64,000 nucleotides of DNA. It comes from Vulcanimicrobiota bacterium. GTDB taxonomy: Bacteria > Vulcanimicrobiota > Vulcanimicrobiia > Vulcanimicrobiales > Vulcanimicrobiaceae. The notes under the pieces were generated by a model. The model ran no database searches. It worked only from the letters and a program-made list of their open reading frames with translations, and was not told where the DNA came from. The DNA lies in assembly GCA_963695225.1 (NCBI GenBank), contig OY968762.1, forward strand, positions 1,984,001 to 2,048,000. Reading direction: 5' to 3'. The number at the start of each line of letters is the position of its first letter. Position 1 is the stretch's first letter. The position numbers and the translations under genes are program-made. Positions 28,777 through 37,788 of the stretch are shown here, in pieces.

Positions 28777-29249
28777 GCGCCGGCGGCCGCGGATCCGGCC
28801 TGCTTGCGGCGACGCTCTGGCTCCCCGCGCTCTTCGCAGCCGGGCCGCTCGCCGGATGCGCCGCGGGCGGCAGCGGCGGCGGGGCCGGCGGGAGCGCCAC
28901 GGCCTCGAATGCCGAGATCTATGCGGCGTTTGCGCAGCATCGCTCGCCGGTCGAGGTTACGGCTCAGGGGACCGTCGTCAAGGTGCTCGGCATCCGGGGA
29001 GGGCGGGTCGGCCGGCACGAGGGATTCCTCGTCCATCTTTCCGGGAACGAAGGTCACGACCTCACGCTTCGCATCGAGGATAACATCGAGCTCACGGGGT
29101 CGATTCCGTTGCGGGCGGGAGATGCCGTCGAAATCCGAGGAGAGTACATCTACGACCCGCGCGGCGGGCTCATTCATTACACGCACCGCGATCCGCGCGG
29201 TCGCCACCCCTCCGGATACGTGCGTGTGAACGGGCGAATCTACTCATAA
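28773..29249 (+). CDS. DUF3465-like OB-fold lipoprotein
   Basis: LAGC lipobox; HEGF, GDAVEIRGEYIYDPRGGLIHYTHRDP..H..GY; ATG overlaps lysA stop. Confidence 0.75.
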   Translation: MSAGGRGSGLLAATLWLPALFAAGPLAGCAAGGSGGGAGGSATASNAEIYAAFAQHRSPVEVTAQGTVVKVLGIRGGRVGRHEGFLVHLSGNEGHDLTLRIEDNIELTGSIPLRAGDAVEIRGEYIYDPRGGLIHYTHRDPRGRHPSGYVRVNGRIYS

Positions 29250-29310
29250 AAAACCCGTCGGACGCCGTATACAAAAGCGGGTGGGTCCTATAGTATGAAA
29301 GTCCCAGGCC

Positions 29311-29916
29311 ATGCGCGACCTTGCTACGATCGTTCTCGCCAGCGTTTCTCCGCGGCGCATCGAGCTTTTGAGTTCCCTTGGTTTGCACGTTTTGATCGTC
29401 CCGAGCAACGTCGATGAAACCGATCCTCCTGCTTTGGCCCCCGCCGACCTCGCCGTCTTCCACGCTCGCGCAAAGGCCGATGCCGTTGCCGAACTGGAGC
29501 ATGCCCGCGTGATCGTCGCAGCCGACACCGTGGTCGACCTCGACGGCCGGGCGCTCGGGAAACCCCGCCACGAGGCCGACGCGCGCTCCATGTTGGAAGC
29601 GCTATCGGGCCGCGAGCACGTCGTCCATACGGCCTTCACCGTGGTCGACGGCGCGAGCGGAGCCCGCCTCGAGCGGCGCTCCTCGACGCGGGTCACGTTC
29701 TACCCCCTTTCGGCGGAAGATGTCGACCGGTACATCGCGACCGGCGAGTCGCTCGACAAGGCCGGCGCCTACGGAATCCAGGGACGCGGGGCGACGCTCG
29801 TCGAGCGCATCGAGGGCGATTTTTACACCGTGATGGGCTTCCCGCTGGGGGCTTTCGTGCGTAGCCTTCCCGAGATCGGATATCGGCTCGCCGCCCCCGA
29901 GGCGATCGTCCGGTGA
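29311..29916 (+). CDS. maf: Maf family nucleoside triphosphate pyrophosphatase
   Basis: LASVSPRR, ADTVV, GKP, DKAGAYGIQG. Confidence 0.94.
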   Translation: MRDLATIVLASVSPRRIELLSSLGLHVLIVPSNVDETDPPALAPADLAVFHARAKADAVAELEHARVIVAADTVVDLDGRALGKPRHEADARSMLEALSGREHVVHTAFTVVDGASGARLERRSSTRVTFYPLSAEDVDRYIATGESLDKAGAYGIQGRGATLVERIEGDFYTVMGFPLGAFVRSLPEIGYRLAAPEAIVR

Positions 29917-31025
29917 CCCAGCCGCAGACATCGTCCGCCCTGTTCGAAGGTCTCCGCCAATCGATCAGCCCCGACATCGGGCTGGATCTCGGAACCGCGA
30001 ACACGGTCGCGTACGAGCGGAACATGGGCGTCATCGTCAGCCAGCCCTCGGTCGTCGCCTACAACGTCGACGATGAGCGCATCGTCGCGATCGGCCAAGC
30101 CGCCAAAGAGATCGAAGGCCGCGCCCCGCAGAAAGTCCGGGTCGTGCGGCCGCTGCGGCGGGGAACGATCTCCGATTTCCACGCCGCGGAAGCTCTCGTC
30201 GCCGACACGGTCGACAAGGCGCTCGCCGCCCGGAAGAACTTCGGGCCGCGCGTGGTCGCTTCGATCCCGGGCTGCGCGACCGACATCGAATGCAAGGCGG
30301 TCGAGCAGGCCGTCCGGCTCGCGGGGGCGCGCTGGGCGACGTTCGTCCCGCAGGCCGTCGCGGCGGCGGTCGGAGCCGGCCTCGACATCACCTCGCCGCG
30401 CCCGATGATGATCGTCGACATCGGCGGCGGCACGACGGAAATCGGGATCCTCGGGCTCTCCGGCGTGATCCGGCTGCACTCCGTGCAAGTCGGCGGCGAC
30501 GATTTCGATCGAGCGGTCCAGAATCGCCTGCGCGCGCGGAACTTCGTCGTCGGATCGGCAACCGCCGAAGCGATCAAGATCGCGCTCGGGTACGCCGGGC
30601 GCGCCCCGGGGCGGGCCCCGCTCACGATCCACGGCAGCGACCTCCGTCTCGGCGGCGCCCCCGGGAGCCAGACCGTCGAAGAGGCGCTCGTCGGCGCCGC
30701 GCTGCGCGAGGGGATCGAGCGAATCGTCCGCGCCGTTTGCTCCGTCCTCGAGACGACGCCGCCCGATGCGGCCGGAGATTTGCTCGAGAGCGGGATCACC
30801 TTGACGGGCGGAGGCGCTCTGATCGCGAACCTCGCGGGCGAAATCGGCATTCGAACGAACGTTCCTACGACAGTAGCTCCCGATCCGCTCCTCTGCGTCG
30901 CGCGCGGTGCCGGGGAGATCCTCGGTTCGCCGTCGCTCTTGGAACGCGTGCGTCCGTCGGCCGACAAGCTGACGAGGTGGTACCAATCTTTACGTATCGG
31001 GATGAGAGAAAGCTACTCGCCTTAA
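29913..31025 (+). CDS. mreB: Rod shape-determining protein MreB (divergent)
   Basis: DLGTANT, PSVVA, VDIGGGTTE, GGDDFD, LTGGGAL; upstream of mreC/mreD. Confidence 0.88.
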   Translation: MTQPQTSSALFEGLRQSISPDIGLDLGTANTVAYERNMGVIVSQPSVVAYNVDDERIVAIGQAAKEIEGRAPQKVRVVRPLRRGTISDFHAAEALVADTVDKALAARKNFGPRVVASIPGCATDIECKAVEQAVRLAGARWATFVPQAVAAAVGAGLDITSPRPMMIVDIGGGTTEIGILGLSGVIRLHSVQVGGDDFDRAVQNRLRARNFVVGSATAEAIKIALGYAGRAPGRAPLTIHGSDLRLGGAPGSQTVEEALVGAALREGIERIVRAVCSVLETTPPDAAGDLLESGITLTGGGALIANLAGEIGIRTNVPTTVAPDPLLCVARGAGEILGSPSLLERVRPSADKLTRWYQSLRIGMRESYSP

Positions 31026-31792
31026 TCGCGACGGTCATCGTCCTCGCGGCCGTCGCCCTCGTCCAAGTCGGCGCGGCGAAGGCGGGGCGGCCGAGCTTCC
31101 TCGACATCACGGTCGGCAGCATCGTCGGAGTCGGCCAGCGCCTCGTCATGGGAACAGTCGACGGGATCGGGCGCGCCGCCGGTGCGGTCGCAGGCGTCCC
31201 ACGTTATTACGACGAGGCGCAACGCCTGGGCCGGGTCAACCGCAACCTCGCCGCGGAGAACGCGCGCTTGCGCGAGGCGCTCTCGCAGGAACCGAGCCTC
31301 CTCGCGCTCGAGCGCGCGCTCGCGGTGAATCCCAAGGGGATCCCGGCGGCGACGATCGCGGTCGATCTCGAAGGCCAATCGCGCACGATCACGCTCGATC
31401 GCGGCTCGACGAGCGGGATCGCGCTCGATGCCGCCGTCGTCGATGCGGACGGAGCCGTGGGCCGCGTCGTTTCGGTGCAGCCGTTCGTCAGCCGCGTCTT
31501 ATTGCTGACCGATCCGACCAGCAAAATCCCGGCGATCGCGCAGCGCGGCCGCTGGTGGGGAATTGCGACCGGGACGAACGCGCACGTCCAACTGCAATAC
31601 GTCTCGCAAGATGCTCCCTTACGCGTCGGCGACGCCGTCGTGACCGGCGAAGGGCGCACGTTCCACGCGGGCGTGCCGATCGGCCGCATCGTCACGATCT
31701 ACCACCCGCAAGGGGCGCTGTACCAAACGGCCGTGCTCGAACCCGCGGCGCAGTTCGGGCGGATCGGGAGGGTCCTTGTCCTTCCGCACTGA
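30977..31792 (+). CDS. mreC: Rod shape-determining protein MreC
   Basis: N-terminal TM, coiled coil AENARLRE, TLDRG, GDAVVTG, GVPIG; start uncertain. Confidence 0.85.
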   Translation: MVPIFTYRDERKLLALIATVIVLAAVALVQVGAAKAGRPSFLDITVGSIVGVGQRLVMGTVDGIGRAAGAVAGVPRYYDEAQRLGRVNRNLAAENARLREALSQEPSLLALERALAVNPKGIPAATIAVDLEGQSRTITLDRGSTSGIALDAAVVDADGAVGRVVSVQPFVSRVLLLTDPTSKIPAIAQRGRWWGIATGTNAHVQLQYVSQDAPLRVGDAVVTGEGRTFHAGVPIGRIVTIYHPQGALYQTAVLEPAAQFGRIGRVLVLPH

Positions 31793-32318
31793 GCCCGCGC
31801 TGGCGCCCTCGATCGAAGAGTTTGCCCCGCCCGCGTGGGGCCTCGCGCTCGGGCTGTTCGTCGCGCTCGTCGCGCAATCGTCGTTGCTCCCGCTGCTGCC
31901 CGTCCGCGACGCTTTCCCGAGCCTCGTGCTGACGCTCGTGATCTGGTACGCGTTGCGCAGCGGCCCCCGCGCGGCGTTGCTCTACGGCACGCTCGCGGGC
32001 GCCTGCGAGGACGCGCTCGCCGCAACGACGGGGGCCGCCTGGATGTTCTCGACGGCGTTCGTCGCCTTCGGTGCGGGGCTGCTCGGTCTCGTCCCGCAGG
32101 CGCGCACGCGCTGGGGGAGCGCAACGATCGTCGCGGTTCTGACGCTCGCGCGTTTCGTCGCGTTCCTGATCGTCGAGCGGATCGAGGGCCGCTCGCTGAC
32201 GCTCGTGACCCCGCACCTGCACGCGGTCCTGTGGCAGAGTCTTTTCAACGCGCTCTTGATGAGCCTCGGGCTCGTGCTGCAAGCGCGCGCCGTCGCATAT
32301 CGTGTCGCGCGCCGTTAA
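31776..32318 (+). CDS. mreD: Rod shape-determining protein MreD
   Basis: Multi-TM protein with PSLVL and GxxED motifs between mreC and mrdA. Confidence 0.75.
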   Translation: MSFRTEPALAPSIEEFAPPAWGLALGLFVALVAQSSLLPLLPVRDAFPSLVLTLVIWYALRSGPRAALLYGTLAGACEDALAATTGAAWMFSTAFVAFGAGLLGLVPQARTRWGSATIVAVLTLARFVAFLIVERIEGRSLTLVTPHLHAVLWQSLFNALLMSLGLVLQARAVAYRVARR

Positions 32319-34344
32319 GACTCCGCGCACGCCGAGGTTTCAACCGAAACTGCCGCGGCTGATCGCGTTCACCGCCGTGCTCGCGCTCGCATTGCTCGCG
32401 CTCGTCGTGCGGCTCGTGCAGTTGCAACTCGTGCAGGGCGCGGCGTTCGCCGAGGCGGCCCGCGCGAATCAGATCCGGCGCGTCCCCGTCGCGGCGCCGC
32501 GTGGGCGCATGTTCGACCGGCACGGCGCCACGGTCGTGCGCAGCCGGCCCTCGTTCACGTGCGCGCTGATCCCTTCCGATGTCGGGGACATCAACGCGGT
32601 GCTTCGAAACCTGCATTCGACGCTCGCGATCCCCGAATCGACGCTGCGCCGGCGTTTGCTGCATCATCGCGGCGTCAATTACCAGAACTTCGAACAAGTT
32701 GCCGAGTCCGAACCGTACGGCCCGGTCATCCTCGCCAGCGGACTCTCGAACGTGCAGGTCGCGAAGCTCGCCGAGGCCCATCTGCCGGGCGTCGACATCG
32801 AAGTGCAGCCGATCCGCGACTATCCGTACGGCGGTTGGGCATCGCACGCGCTCGGTTACGTCGGACAGATCAACGAAGACGAGTACGAACGGCTCAAGAG
32901 CAAAGGGTACACGCCCAACGACGTCGTCGGCAAAGAGGGCCTCGAGGTCGAGTACGATTCGTGGCTGCGCGGCACGCCGGGCGGCGAACAAATCGAGGTC
33001 GATTCGCAGGGGCAGCTCGTGCGCCGGCTGGGCCCCGTCGATCCGGTTCCGGGGCATAGCCTCGAGCTCTCGCTCGATTGGCGCTTGCAGCAGATCGCGG
33101 AACGCGCGCTGCACGACCAGCTCGAGCTCATCGGAGGCCAGCGCGGGCGCCGCGTCGCGGGCGCAGTCGTCGCGATCGATCCGCGGGACGGCGGAATCCT
33201 CGCGCTCGTCTCGCAGCCGAATTTCGATCCGAACGATTTCGCCGACGGGATCTCGCCGAAGAAGTACGATGCCTACTTGAACGATCCGCTCGAAGCGCTC
33301 TACGATCGCGCGATCGCCGCCGCGACGGCGACGGGCTCCACCTTCAAGATGGTCACCGGGAGCGGCGCGCTCTCGGCGGGCGTCGTGGGCGTCGATCAAC
33401 CGATCTACGACAGCGGCGCTTGGGACTGCAAGGGGCACATTTTCCGGGACATCGCTTCGGGCGGCCTCGGGACCACGACGTTCGTCCCCGCGCTCGCCGC
33501 GTCCAGCGACGGGTACTTCTATCAGCTCGCAGACCGGCTGGGACACGAACGGTTGCGCTATTACGCCCTGCAGTTCGGGCTCGGCGCGCGCAGCGGAATC
33601 GATCTCCCCGGCGAGTACGCCGGGAATTGGCCCACGAATGCCTGGATGAAAAAGTACTACGGCGAGCCGCTCTATCCGGCCGACGTCTGCAGCCTCGGCA
33701 TCGGGCAGGGCGCGATGCAAGCGACGCCCCTGCAGATGGCGAACGCGACCGCCGCCGTAGCGAACGGCGGGACGCTCTATCGGCCGCATCTCGTCTATGC
33801 GATCCGCGACGCCTCCGGGAAGGTCGTCAAGAGCTTCAGCCACGAGAAGATCCGCCGGATCGACGTCACCCCCGAATCGCTGCGCGCCGTGCGGGCCGGG
33901 ATGGACAAGGTGACCGACGTCGGCGGGACGGCCTATGGGCTCGCGATCCCCGGGATCCCGTTCGGCGGCAAGACGGGGACGGTCGAAACGGCCGGAGGGG
34001 CCGGCCCGAACACGACCTGGTTCGTCGCCTACGCGCCGAGCGATCGCCCGCGCCTGGCGCTCGCCGTCTTCATGGACCGCACGGGCGGCTACGGCGCCGT
34101 CGTCGCCGCGCCCGTCGCCCGAAGGATCATCCTCGAGTACCTCGGCAAGCCCCCGACCCCAGCCCCATCCGCCTCGCCGTCGGCCCCGGCGGCCGGTGCG
34201 ACTCCGGCGGCTCCGGGTGCGCCGGCAACTCCGCGGCAGAATGCGGTCGCGTCACCTGCGCCGACTCCGGGTGCGGCGGCGACTCCGCGGCGGAATACCG
34301 TGGCGACACCTGCGCCGGCGCCGAAGCCGGCCGTAACGCGCTAA
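32302..34344 (+). CDS. mrdA: Penicillin-binding protein 2
   Basis: APRGRMFDR, STFK, SSD, KTGT motifs; Pro/Ala/Thr-rich tail. Confidence 0.94.
   Translation: MSRAVKTPRTPRFQPKLPRLIAFTAVLALALLALVVRLVQLQLVQGAAFAEAARANQIRRVPVAAPRGRMFDRHGATVVRSRPSFTCALIPSDVGDINAVLRNLHSTLAIPESTLRRRLLHHRGVNYQNFEQVAESEPYGPVILASGLSNVQVAKLAEAHLPGVDIEVQPIRDYPYGGWASHALGYVGQINEDEYERLKSKGYTPNDVVGKEGLEVEYDSWLRGTPGGEQIEVDSQGQLVRRLGPVDPVPGHSLELSLDWRLQQIAERALHDQLELIGGQRGRRVAGAVVAIDPRDGGILALVSQPNFDPNDFADGISPKKYDAYLNDPLEALYDRAIAAATATGSTFKMVTGSGALSAGVVGVDQPIYDSGAWDCKGHIFRDIASGGLGTTTFVPALAASSDGYFYQLADRLGHERLRYYALQFGLGARSGIDLPGEYAGNWPTNAWMKKYYGEPLYPADVCSLGIGQGAMQATPLQMANATAAVANGGTLYRPHLVYAIRDASGKVVKSFSHEKIRRIDVTPESLRAVRAGMDKVTDVGGTAYGLAIPGIPFGGKTGTVETAGGAGPNTTWFVAYAPSDRPRLALAVFMDRTGGYGAVVAAPVARRIILEYLGKPPTPAPSASPSAPAAGATPAAPGAPATPRQNAVASPAPTPGAAATPRRNTVATPAPAPKPAVTR
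34211..34318 (+). repeat. 54-bp in-frame tandem duplication in the mrdA tail
   Basis: APGAPATPRQNAVASPAP / TPGAAATPRRNTVATPAP. Confidence 0.8.
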
Positions 34345-34382
34345 CCAAGTTCGCGCTGCACGCGCTTTTTCTCCGTGAGGTA

Positions 34383-34534
34383 GCGTCCGGGGCGGGGGGA
34401 CAGGGGGCCGCGGAAGCTCCGACCGCCGGCCGGAGCCATGGGCGGCGGGAGGCCGGCGGCGGTGCAGCGTTCGTTTTCGCAGGATGCGAAAACGAACAGC
34501 GGTTCCGCGGCCCCTGTCGCCCCGCCCCGGACGC
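34383..34534. repeat. Nested palindromic element (REP/MITE-like or structured RNA)
   Basis: ~32-bp terminal IR (34383-34415 vs 34503-34534) enclosing a perfect 13-bp hairpin at 34469-34497. Confidence 0.8.
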
Positions 34535-34744
34535 GGGCCCTGCGGTTCGGCGGCACGCCGTCCGCCCGGACGTGGGCCCTGCGGTGAGGCCAGGGTCGGC
34601 GCTTCGCGCGCGAGAACGGGGGGAGTTTGTGCCGGGCATTCGGATGCTCGGCCGAAGCGGGTGAGAACAGTTTCCACGGGCTCTCCGGAACGATGCATTG
34701 GTCTGGGCCCCTGACCGGTTCCACGCTGAGGGAGGATCTCGACC

Positions 34745-35929
34745 ATGATCGTTACGCCTGAAAAGATTGCCGCAGCCGCCGCGAGGTTGACGGGAGAGGG
34801 CGCGTTCGTCGTGCTGGCTCGCGCGCGCGAACTCGAGGCGCAAGGGCACGACGTCGTGCACATGGAGATCGGGGAGCCCGATTTCGACACGCCCGCGCAC
34901 ATCAAGGCCGCCGGCATCGCGGCGATCGAGGCGAATCACTCGCACTATGCGCCCTCGGCCGGGATCCCGGAGCTGCGCGACGTCGTCGCGCGCTATGCGG
35001 GGCGGTTTCGCGGGATTGCGGAGTTCTCGCGCGACGAGGTCTCGATCAGCCCCGGTTGCAAACCGCTGATTTGGAACATCCTGTGCGCGCTGCTCGATCC
35101 CGGCGACGAGATGCTCTATGCGGATCCGGCGTATCCGGCGTATGCGTCGGCGGCGACGTATCTCGGCGCTCGCGCGGTTCCGATCCCGCTGCGCGAGGCG
35201 AGCGATTTTCGGCTCGATCTCGACGAACTCGCGGCGAAGGTTTCGGATCGCACGAAGTTGCTGGTTCTGAATTCGCCGCACAATCCGACGGGCGGCGTGC
35301 TGACGCGTGCCGATCTCCGACAGATCGCGGAGCTTTGCGTGCGGCACGACGTGCTCGTGCTCTCCGACGAGATCTATAGCCGCAACATCTACGGCGGCGA
35401 GTTCGTTTCGATCGCAACGATGCCCGGCATGCGCGAACGTACGATCATCGTCGACGGATTCTCGAAGGCGTACGCGATGACGGGCTGGCGTCTCGGCTAC
35501 TCGATCGCGCCGGCGGCGCTTTCGCGCACGATCACGCTGCTCGCGAACAACACGTACTCGTGCACGGCGCCCTTCGTGCAACTCGCGGGGATCGCCGCGC
35601 TTGAGGGGCCGGACGAACCGATCCTCGCGATGGTGGCGGAGTTTCGCAAGCGCCGCGACGCGATCGTCGCCGGCTTGAACTCGCTACCCGGCGTTTCGTG
35701 CCGCACGCCCGAGGGCGCGTTCTACGTCTTTCCGAACTTCTCGAAGATCGCTTCGGACGACAAGAAGCTCGCCGCGTATCTGCTCGACGAAGCGCACGTC
35801 GCGGGGCTCGGAGGTTCCGCGTTCGGGCCGACGGGGCGCGGGCACATGCGCTTTTCGTACGCAACGTCGCTCGCCCAGATCGAACGCGCGATCGAGCGCA
35901 TCCGTGCGGCGTTGCCGCGTTTCTCGTAG
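34745..35929 (+). CDS. PLP-dependent aminotransferase class I/II
   Basis: GEPDF, NSPHNPTG, SDEIY, FSKAYAMTGWRLG; RBS GGAGG. Confidence 0.92.
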   Translation: MIVTPEKIAAAAARLTGEGAFVVLARARELEAQGHDVVHMEIGEPDFDTPAHIKAAGIAAIEANHSHYAPSAGIPELRDVVARYAGRFRGIAEFSRDEVSISPGCKPLIWNILCALLDPGDEMLYADPAYPAYASAATYLGARAVPIPLREASDFRLDLDELAAKVSDRTKLLVLNSPHNPTGGVLTRADLRQIAELCVRHDVLVLSDEIYSRNIYGGEFVSIATMPGMRERTIIVDGFSKAYAMTGWRLGYSIAPAALSRTITLLANNTYSCTAPFVQLAGIAALEGPDEPILAMVAEFRKRRDAIVAGLNSLPGVSCRTPEGAFYVFPNFSKIASDDKKLAAYLLDEAHVAGLGGSAFGPTGRGHMRFSYATSLAQIERAIERIRAALPRFS

Positions 35930-35941
35930 AGCGCGTCGAGC

Positions 35942-36952
35942 TTAGGATCGCACGGGGGCGTGCGCCGCGGTCAGGTGCATCGCCTCTTTGACGTCGGCGA
36001 GCGTCCGGGCCGCGACGGTGCTCGCGCGCGCGCTCCCTTCGGCGATGATCTCCTCGACCGTTAGGGGATCGATCGCGGCGCGGCGCGCGCGCACGGGTTC
36101 CAAGTAGGCGTTGAGATTCGCAGCGAGATCAGCCTTGCAGGCGACGCAGCCGAGTGCACCGCTGCGGCAGGCCGCCGCGATCTCCGGCACTGATTGCGCG
36201 GGCGTTGCGATCTTGTGCAACGAGAACACGGGGCAGATCTCGGGGCGCCCCGGGTCGTTCCTGCGGATCTTCTGCGGATCCGTGAGCATCGTGCGCACTT
36301 TCGCCGTCGTCGTCGCGGCGTCGTCGGCGATCGCGATGTGATTGTTGTACGACTTCGACATCTTGCGGCCGTCGGTCCCCGGCACGTCCGGGAATTCGCT
36401 GAGCGTCGGTTGCGGTTCGACGAGCGTCGCTCCGTAGAGATGATTGAAACGCCGCACGACCTCGCGGCCGAACTCGAGATGTGAGAGCTGATCCTTGCCG
36501 ACGGGCACGACTTCGCCGCGGAAGATCGCGATGTCGACGAGCTGCAGCAACGGGTAGCCTAGAAAACCGTAGGTCGCGATCTCGGGGCCGAGCGCTTCGA
36601 TCTGATCCTTGTACGTCGGGACGCGCTGCAGCCACGAGACCGGCACGATCATCGAGAGCAGCGTGTGCAGTTCTGAGATTTCGGGGACGAGCGACTGCAG
36701 ATAGATCGTCGAGCGCGCCGGATCGATGCCGGCGGCGAGCCAATCGAGGACCATCTCGTGGATGTTCCCGCGCAATTGCTCCGTCTCGGCGAAGCCGGTC
36801 GTCAGCGCGTGCAGATCGGCGATCTCGAAATACGCGTCGTGCGTTTCGCAGAAGCTGACCCATTGCTCCAAGACGCCGACGAGATGCCCGAGATGCAGCC
36901 GTCCGGTCGGACGCATCCCCGACATCAACCGCACGCGACCGCGCTCCGACAT
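35942..36952 (-). CDS. trpS: Tryptophanyl-tRNA synthetase
   Basis: SGMRPTGRLHLGH, ADLHALT, VPVGKDQ, KMSKS. Confidence 0.96.
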   Translation of the reverse strand: MSERGRVRLMSGMRPTGRLHLGHLVGVLEQWVSFCETHDAYFEIADLHALTTGFAETEQLRGNIHEMVLDWLAAGIDPARSTIYLQSLVPEISELHTLLSMIVPVSWLQRVPTYKDQIEALGPEIATYGFLGYPLLQLVDIAIFRGEVVPVGKDQLSHLEFGREVVRRFNHLYGATLVEPQPTLSEFPDVPGTDGRKMSKSYNNHIAIADDAATTTAKVRTMLTDPQKIRRNDPGRPEICPVFSLHKIATPAQSVPEIAAACRSGALGCVACKADLAANLNAYLEPVRARRAAIDPLTVEEIIAEGSARASTVAARTLADVKEAMHLTAAHAPVRS

Positions 36953-37032
36953 GAAACCAGCTCTCCTTTTGCGCGCCTCCGCGCCGCCGAAGCGTGTGAG
37001 GTTTGGTCGCGCGTTACGGCGCCCCTTCCGCG

Positions 37033-37788
37033 CTAATACGCGACGCGCATCGAGCCGAGTTCGTGCGCGTGCGCGAACTTCGCGCGCACGAACCCGCGCG
37101 CGCGGAGGACCGCGTCGCGCAGCGTCGCGCCTTTCGCGAGTTCCGCCGACGCAGCGCAAGCGAACAGGCAACCGGTCCCGCGCAGCGCTCCGGGGAGGCG
37201 CTCGTCGACGAACGTCTCGACGGTGCCGCCCGCATAGAGAACGTCGACGGGGCGTTCCGCCAAGTGCCCGCCCTTGACGAGGACGGCGCCCGCCCCCGCA
37301 CCGGCGAGCCGGATCGCGGCGGCGCTCATCTCGTCGACGGAACGGACCTCGAGGCCGCTCAGGCGGGCCGCCTCGCCGAGGTTCGGCGTGACGAGGGTCG
37401 CGAGGGGCATCAATTCCCGCACCAGCGCGCCGATCGTCTCCGCGCCGGCGAACGCGCCGCCGCCGCTTGGAGCGAGGACCGGATCGAGCACCAAGGGCGC
37501 GGGCCGGAGCCGCACGGCAGCCGCGACCGCGGCAACGCTCGCCGCGGAGAGCAGGGCGCCGACGCGATAGGCGGCGATCGGAAGGGCCGCGAGGGAGGAG
37601 AACTGCGCCTGGATCAGGCCAGGAGCGACCGCCTCAAGGGCGTGGACCCCGCCTCCGTCCTGGGCCGAGACGCCGGCGACCACGCTGACGGCCCGTACGC
37701 CGCACTCGCTCAGCGCCCACAGGTCGAGCCCGAGCCCCGCGGCGTTCCACGGGTCCGTCGTCCCCACCGAGCAGACGACCGGCCTCAC
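37033..37788 (-). CDS. thiD: Hydroxymethylpyrimidine/phosphomethylpyrimidine kinase (divergent)
   Basis: VLDPV, VTPNLGEA, VLVKGGH, GTGC; adjacent to thiE. Confidence 0.85.
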   Translation of the reverse strand: MRPVVCSVGTTDPWNAAGLGLDLWALSECGVRAVSVVAGVSAQDGGGVHALEAVAPGLIQAQFSSLAALPIAAYRVGALLSAASVAAVAAAVRLRPAPLVLDPVLAPSGGGAFAGAETIGALVRELMPLATLVTPNLGEAARLSGLEVRSVDEMSAAAIRLAGAGAGAVLVKGGHLAERPVDVLYAGGTVETFVDERLPGALRGTGCLFACAASAELAKGATLRDAVLRARGFVRAKFAHAHELGSMRVAY

